A DNA stretch of 64,000 nt from positions 64,001 to 128,000 of the forward strand of contig JBFWNU010000008.1 of NCBI GenBank assembly GCA_050250895.1, read 5' to 3'. A model generated the notes under the pieces. The model was not told where the DNA came from, made no database searches, and saw nothing but the letters and a program-made list of their open reading frames with translations. Both the position numbers and the translations under genes were made by a program. The DNA comes from Vulcanimicrobiota bacterium (GTDB lineage Bacteria > Vulcanimicrobiota > Xenobia > Xenobiales > JADMJV01). Position 1 is the stretch's first letter; the number at the start of each line of letters is the position of its first letter. Shown here one piece after another: positions 41,222-53,262 of this stretch.

Positions 41222-43996
41222 ATGGTCAATAGTGATAATCTGGCTTTCGTCGAGCAGCTTTACAGCCAGTTTCGCGAGAACCCCGACTCTGTCGACGCCC
41301 GCTGGCGTGACTTCTTCAAAGGTTGGAATGGCGCTCCCGCCGGACCGACCTTCGCTTCCCGTAGCATTTTCGACCCGGGCGGGGGAGTGGCGCCTGCGGC
41401 TGCCGAGGGAGTGGCCGATGCGCTCAAGCAAGAGCGGGTCGACCAGCTCATCCGTGCCTACCGGGTGCGTGGCCACCGCATCGCGGCCCTCAACCCGTTG
41501 AGTGAAGAGCAGCCCTCGTTCCCCGAACTCGAGCTGAGCCATTACGGCCTCACCGAGGCGGATCTCAAGCTCAAGTTTTCGGCCCTGTGTATGGGCATGG
41601 GCGTCATCCCCCTCGAAGAGATCCTGGCCATTTTGCGCAACACCTACTGTCGCTCGATCGGGGTGCAATACATGCATATCGACGACCCCGAACCCAAGTT
41701 CTGGCTCCAAGAGAAGATGGAGTCGAGCCAAAATCAACGCGCTCTCTCGCGCGACCAACAGTTGCGTATCCTGACGCGACTGACCGACGCCTCCATCTTC
41801 GAAGAGTTCCTGGCCAAGAAGTACGTGGGCGCCAAGCGTTTTGGCCTCGAGGGGGCCGAAAGCCTCATCCCGCTGCTGGACCTGGCCCTCGAGCAAGCTG
41901 GCGAGCATGGCGTCTCGGACATCGTGATGGGCATGGCTCACCGGGGCCGTCTCAACGTGATGGCCAACATCATGCAGAAGAGCCCGGCTCTGGTCTTTCG
42001 CGAGTTCGACGACGCCGACCCCGAGCAGCACTTCGGCCGGGGCGACGTCAAATACCACCTGGGGTTGTCCAACGACTGGGTGACCGAAGCCGGCAAGACC
42101 ATCAACCTGACCTTGTGCTTTAACCCCAGCCACCTCGAGTTCGTGGGGCCGGTGGTGCTCGGCCGGGTGCGCAGCCGTCAGGACCGCATGGCCCACAACT
42201 TCACTCGCTGCATGGCTTTGATCATTCACGGCGACGCCGCTTTTGCCGGCCAGGGCGTGGTCCAGGAGATGCTCAACATGAGCGAGATCCCGGGCTTTCG
42301 CACCGGCGGCACCCTGCACGTCATTCTCAACAATCAGATCGGATTTACCACCGGCCCTGGCCAGGCCCGCTCATCGCACTACTGCACCGACGTGGCCAAG
42401 ATGCTGCAGATCCCCATCTTCCACGTCAACGGTGAGCATCCCGAGGCGGTGGCCCAGGCCATCTGGCTGGCCATGCAGTTCCGTCACGAGTTCAATCGCG
42501 ATGTCGTCATCGACATGTATTGCTATCGCAAGCACGGTCACAACGAGGGCGACGATCCTACCTATACCCAACCGGTCATGTACCGCGAGATCGGCAAGCG
42601 CCAGTCGGTGCGCGACGGTTACCTCGAGAACCTGGCTCAATTGGGTGAGGTGACGCCCGAAGAGGCCGAGGAGATCGCGGTGGCCCGGCGTGAGCATCTC
42701 GAACGGGAACTCGAGAAGGCACGCTCGCCCGAGTTTGACTATTCCAGTCAGGCGGGGGGCAGTCGAGGCCTCTGGTCCCGTTACCGCGGGGGGCCCGACG
42801 CCGACACGCCCCAGGTCAAGACCTCGGTTGACAAAGAGACGGCGGTGGGGCTGCTCGAGGCTATGACTCGTCTGCCCTCGGACTTCACTCCCCATCCCAA
42901 GATCGAGAAGATGATCCTGGCCTCTCGAGCCGAGATGGCCGCCGGCGAGAAGCCTTTGGACTGGGGCACAGCCGAGCTGCTGGCCTATGCTTCGCTGCTG
43001 GTCGACGGCACCCCGGTGCGCCTGACCGGTCAGGACGTGGGTCGCGGAACCTTCAGTCACCGCCACGCGGCCCTCTACGACTACCAGACCGGCAAGCTGC
43101 ATCTGCAGCTTAACCACCTCAAGGAGGGGCAGGCCCGCATGCAGGTCTGGAATAGCCCCCTCACCGAGACGGCCGTGCTAGGCTACGAGTTCGGCTTCTC
43201 GCTCGATAGCCCCGACAACCTGGTGGTCTGGGAAGCCCAGTTTGGCGACTTCTGCAACGTAGCCCAGGTGATTGTGGACCAGTTCATCTCGACCTCGGAA
43301 GACAAGTGGAAAAAGCTCAATCATCTGGTGATGCTGCTTCCCCACGGCTTCGAAGGACAGGGGCCCGAGCATTCCAGCGCGCGCCTCGAGCGCTATCTAC
43401 AGATCGCCGCCGAAGACAACATCTGCGTGGTCAATCTGACCACCCCAGCCCAGATCTTCCATGTGCTCAGGCGCCAGATCGTCCGCCCCATCCGCAAACC
43501 CCTCATCGTCATGTCCCCCAAGAGCCTGTTGCGCCACCCCGAGTGCGTCTCGCCCCTGGAGGACTTCTATCGGGGGGCCTTCCGCCAGGTGATGGCCGAC
43601 TCCTCAGGCATCGACCGCTCGCAGGTCACCAGGGTCTTGATGTGCAGCGGCAAGATCTACTACGAGCTGGCTCGCTATCGCCAGGAACACTCGCGCGAGG
43701 ATGTGGCCATCTTGCGTCTCGAACAGCTCTATCCGTTCCCGACCGACCCGCTGCGGATGGCTCTGGGAGCCTACCCTAAAGGGGTGCCGTTGGTATGGGT
43801 CCAGGAAGAGCCCGAGAACATGGGGGCGCTCAACTATCTGCGTCTCGAGGTGCCCGAGCAACTGCTCGGCAGTAATCCGTTCTTGCATGTGAGCCGTCCT
43901 GAATCGGCGAGCCCGGCAACCGGGTCCTCGAACAGTCATAAGATCGAACAGGCGGGCCTGATCGAAAAGGCCTTCCATCTACCCCTTCCCTGCTGA
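41222..43996 (+). CDS. sucA: 2-oxoglutarate dehydrogenase E1
   Basis: [49 protein letters not shown]. Confidence 0.97.
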   Translation: MVNSDNLAFVEQLYSQFRENPDSVDARWRDFFKGWNGAPAGPTFASRSIFDPGGGVAPAAAEGVADALKQERVDQLIRAYRVRGHRIAALNPLSEEQPSFPELELSHYGLTEADLKLKFSALCMGMGVIPLEEILAILRNTYCRSIGVQYMHIDDPEPKFWLQEKMESSQNQRALSRDQQLRILTRLTDASIFEEFLAKKYVGAKRFGLEGAESLIPLLDLALEQAGEHGVSDIVMGMAHRGRLNVMANIMQKSPALVFREFDDADPEQHFGRGDVKYHLGLSNDWVTEAGKTINLTLCFNPSHLEFVGPVVLGRVRSRQDRMAHNFTRCMALIIHGDAAFAGQGVVQEMLNMSEIPGFRTGGTLHVILNNQIGFTTGPGQARSSHYCTDVAKMLQIPIFHVNGEHPEAVAQAIWLAMQFRHEFNRDVVIDMYCYRKHGHNEGDDPTYTQPVMYREIGKRQSVRDGYLENLAQLGEVTPEEAEEIAVARREHLERELEKARSPEFDYSSQAGGSRGLWSRYRGGPDADTPQVKTSVDKETAVGLLEAMTRLPSDFTPHPKIEKMILASRAEMAAGEKPLDWGTAELLAYASLLVDGTPVRLTGQDVGRGTFSHRHAALYDYQTGKLHLQLNHLKEGQARMQVWNSPLTETAVLGYEFGFSLDSPDNLVVWEAQFGDFCNVAQVIVDQFISTSEDKWKKLNHLVMLLPHGFEGQGPEHSSARLERYLQIAAEDNICVVNLTTPAQIFHVLRRQIVRPIRKPLIVMSPKSLLRHPECVSPLEDFYRGAFRQVMADSSGIDRSQVTRVLMCSGKIYYELARYRQEHSREDVAILRLEQLYPFPTDPLRMALGAYPKGVPLVWVQEEPENMGALNYLRLEVPEQLLGSNPFLHVSRPESASPATGSSNSHKIEQAGLIEKAFHLPLPC

Positions 43997-44007
43997 GAGG
44001 AGAATCC

Positions 44008-45192
44008 ATGGCTATCGAACTCAAAGTACCGTCGGCTGGCGAATCGATCTCGAACGTGGTCATCGCCGAATGGCTGGTCCAGCCCGGAGGCTGGATCGCC
44101 CAGGACAAGACGGTGGTCATTCTCGAAACCGACAAAGTCAATCTTGAAGTGCCCGCCCCGGTGGGTGGCAAGCTGGTAAAAGCGCTCAAGTCGGTGGGCG
44201 ATTCGGCCGAGATCGGCGAGACCATCGCTCTCATCGAAGAGGGCGACGCTCCCGAGGGGGCCCCAGAACAAGAGGGGCCGGCCGAGAAATCAACGGAAAA
44301 GCCGGCCGAAACGAAGCCGCAGCCCGCCGCCGAGAAGCCTGGTTCGAAGGCCGACGCCCCGCCCTCGCCCGCCGCCCAACGGGTGTTGGCCCAGAGCGGC
44401 GTTTCGGCCTCGGAGGTGAGCGGCAGCGGCAAGGACGGTCGCATTCTCAAGGAGGATGTGCAGCGCCATCTGGCTCGCTCCGGTGGTGGCAGCCGAGCCG
44501 AAGAGGTGGTCTCGATGTCGCCTTTGCGCAAGAAGATCGCCGAGCGGCTGGTTTCGGCCCAGCAGACGGCCGCTATCTTGACGACCTTTAACGAGGTGGA
44601 CATGACGGCCGTGATGGAGTTGCGTTCCCAGTATAAGGATACGTTCCAGGACCGCTACGGCATCAAACTCGGCTTTATGGGCTTTTTCATCAAGGCCGCG
44701 ATCGAAGCTTTGAAGGCCTTTCCGGCGATTAACGCCGAGATTCGCGAAGACAAGATCGTCTACAAAGACTATTACGACATCGGAGTGGCCGTGGGCGGCG
44801 GCAAAGGTTTGGTGGTGCCCGTGATCCGCAACGCCGAACGGATGGGTTTTGCCCAGCTCGAAGAGACCCTGCGCGATCTGGCTACCCGAGCTCAGAAGAT
44901 GAAGCTGACCATGGACGAGCTCGAGGGTGGTACCTTCACCATCAGTAACGGTGGCGTTTATGGCTCGATGCTGTCGACACCGATTCTCAACCCTCCCCAG
45001 AGCGGTATTCTCGGCTTGCACAACATCGTGGAGCGGCCGATGGCCGTTCAGGGCAAAGTCGAAATTCGGCCGGTCATGTACCTCGCTTTGAGCTATGACC
45101 ATCGTATCGTCGACGGTCGCGAGGCGGTCAGCTTTCTGGTGCGCATCAAAGAGTGCATCGAGAGTCCGGCCCGGATGCTGTTGGAGGTCTAG
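44008..45192 (+). CDS. sucB: Dihydrolipoamide succinyltransferase E2
   Basis: LETDKV lipoyl site, [30 protein letters not shown]. Confidence 0.97.
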   Translation: MAIELKVPSAGESISNVVIAEWLVQPGGWIAQDKTVVILETDKVNLEVPAPVGGKLVKALKSVGDSAEIGETIALIEEGDAPEGAPEQEGPAEKSTEKPAETKPQPAAEKPGSKADAPPSPAAQRVLAQSGVSASEVSGSGKDGRILKEDVQRHLARSGGGSRAEEVVSMSPLRKKIAERLVSAQQTAAILTTFNEVDMTAVMELRSQYKDTFQDRYGIKLGFMGFFIKAAIEALKAFPAINAEIREDKIVYKDYYDIGVAVGGGKGLVVPVIRNAERMGFAQLEETLRDLATRAQKMKLTMDELEGGTFTISNGGVYGSMLSTPILNPPQSGILGLHNIVERPMAVQGKVEIRPVMYLALSYDHRIVDGREAVSFLVRIKECIESPARMLLEV

Positions 45193-46566
45193 ATGGACAG
45201 CTTCGATCTGATCGTCATCGGCGGCGGACCCGGGGGCTACGTCGCGGCCATTCGAGCGGCCCAGTTGGGCCAGCGAGTGGCTTGCGTCGAGAAAGAGGAC
45301 ATCTACGGGGGCACCTGTCTGAGGGTTGGATGCATCCCTAGCAAGGCCTTGCTCGAGTCGTCCGAGCTGCTGCACGAGGCCAGGAGCAACTTCAAGCGTC
45401 ACGGCATCGTAGTGGGGGAGGTCTCGGTGGACCTCGCCGCCATGATGCGACGCAAGGACACCATCGTCAAGACCCTCGGCAAGGGCATCGACGGGCTGTT
45501 CAAAAAGCACGGCGTGACCCCGATCAAAGGTAAGGCGCGCTTCGTCGACGGGTCGACCATCGAGGTCGACGACCAGCGCTATCCGTCGCGAAACTTTCTC
45601 ATCGCCACCGGCAGCGAGCCAGCCAGTCTGCCCGGCATCGAACTCGACGGTGATCTCATCGGTTCGAGTACCGAGGCTTTGACGTATCCCGAGGTGCCCG
45701 GTCATCTGGTGGTCATCGGAGCCGGAGCCATCGGGCTCGAACTGGGCTCGGTCTGGGGGCGGTTGGGGGCGAAGGTGACCGTGCTCGAGTATCTCGACCG
45801 CATTCTGCCTGGAGCCGACCTCGAGATCGCTCAGGCTGCCCAGGCATCCTTCAAGCGGCAGGGCATGACCTTTCATCTGGGTTGCAAGGTTACGGCAGCT
45901 CGTCGCCAGGGCGACCGGTGCGTGGTCGAGCGGGCCGACGGCGAGCCGATCGAATGTGATCGGGTGCTGGTCTCGGTGGGCCGCCGGCCCAATACCGAGG
46001 GGCTCGGCCTCGAGGCGATCGGGCTCGAAACCGACCGGCGCGGGTTCATCCCGGTGGATGAGCATTTCAAGACGGGCGTTCCCGGGGTCTACGCTATCGG
46101 CGACGTGATCGGCGGAGCCATGCTCGCTCACAAGGCTGAAGAAGAGGGAGTGGCCTGTGTCGAGCAGCTGTTCACCGGCTATGGGCACGTGGACCACAAT
46201 CTTATTCCGGCGGTGGTATACACCCATCCCGAGGTGGCCTCGGTGGGGCGCACCCAAGAGCAACTCGAAGAGGAAGGGATCAAGTTTCGCAAGGGCACTT
46301 TTCCTTTCGCGGCCAACGGTCGGGCGCGAGCTCTAGGCTCGTTTGACGGGTTGGCCAAGGTGCTCGCCGATGCCGAGACGGATCGGATCCTCGGGGTTCA
46401 CATCGTAGGACCCCGGGCCGGCGATCTCATCGCCGAGTCGGTGGTGGCCATGGCCTTTTCTGCCAGCAGCGAGGATATTGCTCGCATCTGCCACGCGCAT
46501 CCCACCCTTCCCGAGGTGATCAAGGAGGCCGCCCTGGCGGTGGACGGCCGCCCGCTCCACATCTAA
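45193..46566 (+). CDS. lpdA: Dihydrolipoamide dehydrogenase E3
   Basis: GGGPGGY, GGTCLRVGCIPSK, LAHKAEEEG, HAHPTLPE. Confidence 0.97.
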   Translation: MDSFDLIVIGGGPGGYVAAIRAAQLGQRVACVEKEDIYGGTCLRVGCIPSKALLESSELLHEARSNFKRHGIVVGEVSVDLAAMMRRKDTIVKTLGKGIDGLFKKHGVTPIKGKARFVDGSTIEVDDQRYPSRNFLIATGSEPASLPGIELDGDLIGSSTEALTYPEVPGHLVVIGAGAIGLELGSVWGRLGAKVTVLEYLDRILPGADLEIAQAAQASFKRQGMTFHLGCKVTAARRQGDRCVVERADGEPIECDRVLVSVGRRPNTEGLGLEAIGLETDRRGFIPVDEHFKTGVPGVYAIGDVIGGAMLAHKAEEEGVACVEQLFTGYGHVDHNLIPAVVYTHPEVASVGRTQEQLEEEGIKFRKGTFPFAANGRARALGSFDGLAKVLADAETDRILGVHIVGPRAGDLIAESVVAMAFSASSEDIARICHAHPTLPEVIKEAALAVDGRPLHI

Positions 46567-46709
46567 GGTGACCCGAAATTAACCAAAATTTTTCAATCGA
46601 GCGTGCGTTCGAAAGACACCTTTCAATCCCCTGAAAAGACTTGCCCTGACGAGCTTTCGGCTAGGAGAAGAAGGGGGAAGGAATTTCGTCGGGCCTGTTA
46701 AAAGGGCGT

Positions 46710-46727
46710 TTGTGAGATTTTTCACAA
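46710..46727. promoter_or_regulatory. Rex (ROP)/CRP-like palindromic operator upstream of the act operon
   Basis: TTGTGAgattttTCACAA: one mismatch to Rex TTGTGAA-N4-TTCACAA and an exact TGTGA-N6-TCACA. Confidence 0.7.
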
Positions 46728-46858
46728 TGTCGTTTTTTTCGCGTTAAACCTGTCGCCGACGGGTTGGTGGGCGGACTCCTTAATCCGCGGGGGGATGGTG
46801 ACGGTGGTCCATATCGCGCGCGCGACGACGTCGAGGTAAAGGACGGATATCAGCCATT

Positions 46859-47419
46859 ATGGCACCTGAAGTAACTCTTCAAAAACAGCTAGTGAGGGCG
46901 GCTATCATCACGCCGGCCCTGATCGTCCTGGCAATGACGATTTATTGCGAGCTGAACTGGACGGGCTACTGGTTGCAACCTGAGCAGCCCATCGCCTTTC
47001 CCCACCGGCTCCACGCCGGAGTCAGGGGCATCGATTGCCAATACTGCCACCGCGGCGCCCGAGACGGCTATTACGCCGGGGTCCCCTCGGTCCAGGATTG
47101 CTGGTCATGCCACCGGGGCGCGGTCGAAGCTGGCAGTAACGGGGCCCCCGTGATGGAGCGGCCGGGCGTGCAGACGCTGGTCAAAGATTACGTCAATCAG
47201 CGCCGCGACATTAATTGGTACAAGTACTACGACCTGCCCGAACACGTGAAGTTCTCACATAAAGCCCACATCAACGCCGGCAAGGACTGCCAGGACTGCC
47301 ACGGAGCCGTCGAGACGATGGACGTGGTCCAGATGCAGCAGAAGCCGACGATGGGTTGGTGCGTGAGTTGTCACCGCCAGAACAACGCTCCCGTCGACTG
47401 CACGACGTGTCACAGGTAG
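46859..47419 (+). CDS. actA: Alternative complex III pentaheme cytochrome c subunit
   Basis: TM anchor, PEQPIAFPH..HAG, five CxxCH motifs (CQYCH, CWSCH, CQDCH, CVSCH, CTTCH), LPEHVKFSH, MGWC. Confidence 0.9.
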   Translation: MAPEVTLQKQLVRAAIITPALIVLAMTIYCELNWTGYWLQPEQPIAFPHRLHAGVRGIDCQYCHRGARDGYYAGVPSVQDCWSCHRGAVEAGSNGAPVMERPGVQTLVKDYVNQRRDINWYKYYDLPEHVKFSHKAHINAGKDCQDCHGAVETMDVVQMQQKPTMGWCVSCHRQNNAPVDCTTCHR

Positions 47420-47431
47420 TAAGAGGATAGC

Positions 47432-49549
47432 ATGAGTATTTCCCGCCGCGATTTTCTTAAAGTCAGTTTCTTTTCGGCGGCCGCCGCCGCCATGACCGCC
47501 TGCGGTCGCCCCGTCGAACACGGGGTGGTTTCGCAGTTTCAGATGCCCGAGTACACGCTGCCGGGCGACCCTCTCTATTGGGCGAGTTGCTGTACCGAAC
47601 TGCGTTCGGATTGCCCGGTTTCGGTCAAGACGGTCGAGAACCGCGCCATCCATGTCATGGGCTTGCCGGGCAACTTTTTGACCCACGGCAAGGTCGACAC
47701 GGTGTCGATCACCAGCTTGCAGGCGCTCTATCATCCCGAGCGTCTCATCGACCATTTCAAGGGCAGCAACACCACTGACGGAGACTCGGTGCTCAAGGAC
47801 CTCTCTCGTCAGCTCGGGAACGCCGGCAAGGACAACGCTCTCTGGATCGTCGACCGTCTGTGCGGCACCCGAGGCGGCATTATCCTGCGGGCGGCCGCGG
47901 CTACTGGCGCCAAGATCTGGGTGCTGGACGTGCCCTCGTCGATGCAAGAGCGCCGGGTCATCAAGGCCCTGACGGGCCAGGCCCGCCTGCCGTTCTACGC
48001 CCTCGAAAAGGCCGATTTTCTGGTCACTTTCGGCGGCGACTTCTTGCACCGAGGCTACAACAGCACTCGCTCGAGCTGGGCTTATGGACAGTTTCGCAAG
48101 GGCAAGCGTCGCCAGCGAGGCAAGATGGTTTCGGTCAGCTCTCGTATCAGCGCCACGGATGCCTGTGCCGACCGCTGGATCGGCGTGCGACCCGGCACCG
48201 AAGCCTGGATCGCGCTGGGGGTCGGCAACTTGCTGGCCGAGCAGGGCAAAGGCAAGGGCTCGTGGCCCGGCTGGGCTCGCTCGGTAACGATGGCCGATGT
48301 GGTGGCCGCCACCGGGGTCGAACTAGACATCATCGAGAAGCTGGCCGCCCGCCTGGGCGAGGCCCGTAGCCCGCTGGTGGTGGCTGGCGACGGTCTGGGC
48401 GACCACGGTGCCGCTTCGCTCTATATCGTGCACGCGCTCAACCAGTTGCTGCGCGGCAAGATCGACACCTTCGAGCCCGACCTGGTTCCAGGGGCCGCTC
48501 CGGCCGCCGCCGACGTCTTCGTCAACTCGGAAGAGGCCGTGAAGATGCTCGATACGGCTAAGACGGTCTGGATCTTCGACTGCAACCCAGTCTATTTGAT
48601 GCCGTCACTGGCCGAGAAGATCAAGAATGCCCGCAGTAGCGTGGCCTTTACCACTTTCGCCAACGACACCACCGAGCACTGCAAGATGATGGTGGCTATC
48701 CGTCACTGGATGGAGGAGTGGGCCGATCTGCGCGTGTCGTCGCCTGACGGCGAGTTCTACGGCTTGACCCAGCCGGTCATCAAGCCGCTCTATGAGCGAA
48801 CCTGGTCGCTGACCGAAGCCCTTATTCGAGCCGCCAATGAGGCCGGGGTCGATGTCGGTACCAAAGAAACCCGGATGCGCAAGGTGCTCCAGGGCGACCG
48901 CGACAACCAGAGCTGGGAAGCCATGCTGGTTCGCGGCGGGGTCTGGAAGGATGTCGGCCAGGACATCTACCGGGGCCACGTCAATCACCCGCCTCAGGCC
49001 ACTCCTGACCCGGGCAACCCGCCCGCCGGCTACTCGCCTTTCGAGAACCTCGAAGCCGTGCAGGTCAATGGCTGGCACGCTGCGCCACCACCCGGAATGG
49101 TGTTCGTGCCGTTCTTGACCAACCTGGCCGACGGCAGCCTGGCCAACCGTCCCTGGATGCAAGAGCTGCCCGACAGCATGACGACGGTGGTCTGGGACTC
49201 GTGGGTCGAACTCAACGAGGACCGGGCCAAAGAACTGGGCTTGGCCCGCCACGATGTGGTCCAGGTCAAGGTCGGTGACAAGAGCTTCGAGGCTTCGGTC
49301 TACCCCAACCCGGCTCTTCACCCCGAAGTGGTGGCCATGCCGGTCGGCCGTGGCCACAAGAACTACGGGCGTTGGACCGGGGTGGGCTACAATCCGCTCC
49401 AGGCTCTCGATGCCAATTGGCAACCCGACAGCGGCGAAGCCCACTGGCTGGCGACCGGAGTCCAGGTGACCAAGACCGCGCGCAAGTCGCGTCTCACCAC
49501 TTTCGACCAGCGCGTCTACAACCTGCAACGGCACATTCTACCGGAATAG
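47432..49549 (+). CDS. actB1: ACIII molybdopterin-oxidoreductase-like subunit (ActB1)
   Basis: Tat signal SRRDFLK plus MTAC lipobox; LYHPERL; ANRPWMQELPD..T.VVWDSW typical of ActB. Confidence 0.85.
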   Translation: MSISRRDFLKVSFFSAAAAAMTACGRPVEHGVVSQFQMPEYTLPGDPLYWASCCTELRSDCPVSVKTVENRAIHVMGLPGNFLTHGKVDTVSITSLQALYHPERLIDHFKGSNTTDGDSVLKDLSRQLGNAGKDNALWIVDRLCGTRGGIILRAAAATGAKIWVLDVPSSMQERRVIKALTGQARLPFYALEKADFLVTFGGDFLHRGYNSTRSSWAYGQFRKGKRRQRGKMVSVSSRISATDACADRWIGVRPGTEAWIALGVGNLLAEQGKGKGSWPGWARSVTMADVVAATGVELDIIEKLAARLGEARSPLVVAGDGLGDHGAASLYIVHALNQLLRGKIDTFEPDLVPGAAPAAADVFVNSEEAVKMLDTAKTVWIFDCNPVYLMPSLAEKIKNARSSVAFTTFANDTTEHCKMMVAIRHWMEEWADLRVSSPDGEFYGLTQPVIKPLYERTWSLTEALIRAANEAGVDVGTKETRMRKVLQGDRDNQSWEAMLVRGGVWKDVGQDIYRGHVNHPPQATPDPGNPPAGYSPFENLEAVQVNGWHAAPPPGMVFVPFLTNLADGSLANRPWMQELPDSMTTVVWDSWVELNEDRAKELGLARHDVVQVKVGDKSFEASVYPNPALHPEVVAMPVGRGHKNYGRWTGVGYNPLQALDANWQPDSGEAHWLATGVQVTKTARKSRLTTFDQRVYNLQRHILPE

Positions 49550-49566
49550 GCGAGAGGAAGAACGAA

Positions 49567-50478
49567 ATGCCCGCCCACGAAACTACACCAGCACAACACC
49601 AATGGGGGATGGTCATCGATGTGGACCGATGCACCGGCTGCAAGGCCTGTGTGATCGCCTGTCGCGCCGAGAACAACATCGCCATGGTCGGCGCCGAGCA
49701 CTCGGCCATGGGACGCCTGATGGATTGGTTGCGCATCGACCGATTCTTCCACGGCAGCTTTCCTCACGTCCACGCTCAGTTCGTGCCGATGCTCTGCCAG
49801 CAGTGCGGGACGGCTCCCTGTGAGTCGGTGTGCCCGGTCTTTGCGGCCGTGCACACCCACGACGGGCTCAACGCTCAGATCTACAATCGCTGCGTGGGCA
49901 CGCGCGTGTGCGCCAACAACTGTCCTTATCACGTGCGCATGTTCAACTTCGTCACGCCCGAATGGCCGGCTCCGATGGAGATGATGCTCAATCCCGATGT
50001 ATCGGTTCGGGCTGAAGGCGTGATGGAAAAATGCACCTTCTGCGTGCAGCGGATTCGCCGCGGCGAACTCGACGCCAAGGTCGAGAAGCGACCCGTGCGC
50101 GACGGCGAGATTCAGCCGGCCTGCGCCCAGACCTGCGCTTCGGAAGCCCTGGTCTTCGGACTGCTCAGTGACCCCGAGAGCACGGTCTCGAAGCACCTCG
50201 AAGCCAACAAGTTCCGGTCCTATGCGGTGCTCGAAGAACTCGACACCCGACCCAACGTGATCTACTTGCGACCTGACCGCGACCCTGACGTGCTCGACGG
50301 TTCTGAGGTCCACGACGCCCCGGCCGAGCACACGGAAGAGCGACTGCCAGAGCCTGTCCGGGAAGCCATGCCGGGTCATCCTGAGGCCGTGACTCCCGGA
50401 TCGGCTGGAGCGACTCCGGCCGCGCCTGCCACCCCGGCCGCCCCGGCGACCCCTGCTTTGGAAGGGGCCCACCACTGA
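49567..50478 (+). CDS. actB2: ACIII iron-sulfur subunit (ActB2)
   Basis: WGMVIDVDRCTGCKACVIAC, CQQC..APCESVCP, YNRCVGTRVCANNCPY, GVMEKCTFCVQR. Confidence 0.9.
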   Translation: MPAHETTPAQHQWGMVIDVDRCTGCKACVIACRAENNIAMVGAEHSAMGRLMDWLRIDRFFHGSFPHVHAQFVPMLCQQCGTAPCESVCPVFAAVHTHDGLNAQIYNRCVGTRVCANNCPYHVRMFNFVTPEWPAPMEMMLNPDVSVRAEGVMEKCTFCVQRIRRGELDAKVEKRPVRDGEIQPACAQTCASEALVFGLLSDPESTVSKHLEANKFRSYAVLEELDTRPNVIYLRPDRDPDVLDGSEVHDAPAEHTEERLPEPVREAMPGHPEAVTPGSAGATPAAPATPAAPATPALEGAHH

Positions 50479-50517
50479 TATGCCATCTTTTGAAACCCAA
50501 ACCACCGTGGAGGCTAA

Positions 50518-51912
<1,395 letters not shown>

Positions 51913-51922
51913 GGATAAGAAA

Positions 51923-53113
51923 ATGAAAGTCTGCGCTGAATTTGACGATCAAGTAACTGCTATGAACGCCCACAAGGCGATCTTAGATAAGGGTGCCGAG
52001 GCCGACGACCTCGAGTTGCGCTCGCCTTACCCGCTGGCCGAAGAGCCTATCCCGGCCCACCGCTCGCTGCCGATGGTCATGCGTAGCGTGGTGCGACTGA
52101 TGTGGCTGTGCGGCATCATCGGCGGCTTTAGCTTCATCACCTTCACCCAGCTCGAGTGGGGCCTGACGGCCAAGACCGATGGCCATCCCCTGGTTGCCAT
52201 CCCCATCAACGCTATCATCATGTATGAGTGCGGAATGGTTACAGCCATCTGGGTGACCACCTTCATGTTCTTCATCGAGACCCGCCGCTATCGCAGCCTG
52301 GTCCCACCGCTGCAAGAAGACATGCCGGTGGCGAACGGCTATATCGCGCTGGTGGTTTCGGGTAACTCGGCCAACAAAGCCAAGGACTGGCTCGACGGCC
52401 TGGGCGCTCGCAACATCGTGACCTACCTCTTGCCACTTCTGTTTATAGGAATGTTCTCGACCGGTTGCGTCAACACTCGCTGGGACAATATTCGCGCCCA
52501 GCAGGTGATCAAACCGCGCGAACGGGCTGCCGAACTACCTCCGCCTCACAGTCTGCGCATGCCCACCGAGGCGGAAGCAGCGGTGACTCCTCCTCAACCC
52601 ATGGGTTGGATTACCTGGGGTGACCCCATCGCGTACGAGCGGGCCATGGAGACCCTCAAGTCCAAGCAGGACGAGATGGAGGCCAAGGTCAAGAGCGGCG
52701 ACATGAAGCGGGGTGACATGAACAAGCAGATGAAGTCCCTGCGTGACGAGATTAACGACGATCTCGCTCCTGAACTCACGGCCTACAAGGGTGCCGTGCC
52801 CGCCGAATTGCAAAACCTGGAATCGCCCGTCCCCTCTACACCTGAGTCGATCGAGCGAGGCAAGGCGCTCTACGCGATCAACTGTTCGCACTGCCACGGC
52901 GCCGAGGGCAAGGGCGATGGCAAGGTCGGTGAGGTGTGGGCTCCTAAACCCCCGGCCATCGGCGGCGCTCCCTATGCATCTAGTCTTTCCGACGGTGGTT
53001 TTTACTTCTACATCGTGACCGGCAAAAACAACATGCCGGCTTTTGGTCCCAACCTCAACACCCACGAGGTGTTCGACATCGTCAACTATCTTCGCTCGCT
53101 GCAAGGCGCGTAG
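51923..53113 (+). CDS. actDE: ACIII ActD-ActE fusion (DUF3341-like plus monoheme cytochrome c)
   Basis: SPYPL plus 2 TM (ActD); internal lipobox-like FSTGC; RGKALYAINCSHCHG..G.GDG and MPAF (ActE). Confidence 0.8.
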   Translation: MKVCAEFDDQVTAMNAHKAILDKGAEADDLELRSPYPLAEEPIPAHRSLPMVMRSVVRLMWLCGIIGGFSFITFTQLEWGLTAKTDGHPLVAIPINAIIMYECGMVTAIWVTTFMFFIETRRYRSLVPPLQEDMPVANGYIALVVSGNSANKAKDWLDGLGARNIVTYLLPLLFIGMFSTGCVNTRWDNIRAQQVIKPRERAAELPPPHSLRMPTEAEAAVTPPQPMGWITWGDPIAYERAMETLKSKQDEMEAKVKSGDMKRGDMNKQMKSLRDEINDDLAPELTAYKGAVPAELQNLESPVPSTPESIERGKALYAINCSHCHGAEGKGDGKVGEVWAPKPPAIGGAPYASSLSDGGFYFYIVTGKNNMPAFGPNLNTHEVFDIVNYLRSLQGA

Positions 53114-53163
53114 TCGTCAGACGATTTCAGACGGCAGTCTTCTTTGAGACCGCCGGTCGCGAG

Positions 53164-53188
53164 ATAGCCCGCGAAGGCGGGCTATTTT
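53164..53188 (+). terminator. Intrinsic terminator of the act operon
   Basis: ATAGCCCGC-GAAG-GCGGGCTAT-TTT. Confidence 0.75.
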
Positions 53189-53262
53189 CATTCCCGGTGG
53201 TCTGACCTCCGCAGGCGGAGGGCACCGCTGGCCGGGCGGCTTTCGCCCGCCGGGGGCCCTGT

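Noticed and set aside
47432-49549. Catalytic molybdoenzyme (formate dehydrogenase, polysulfide reductase) or selenoprotein
   Set aside because: Degenerate N-terminal Fe-S motif, no in-frame TGA, and ActB-specific motifs and gene context
53117-53262. Additional GC hairpins as a ncRNA
   Set aside because: Adequately explained as terminators or 3' structures between convergent genes
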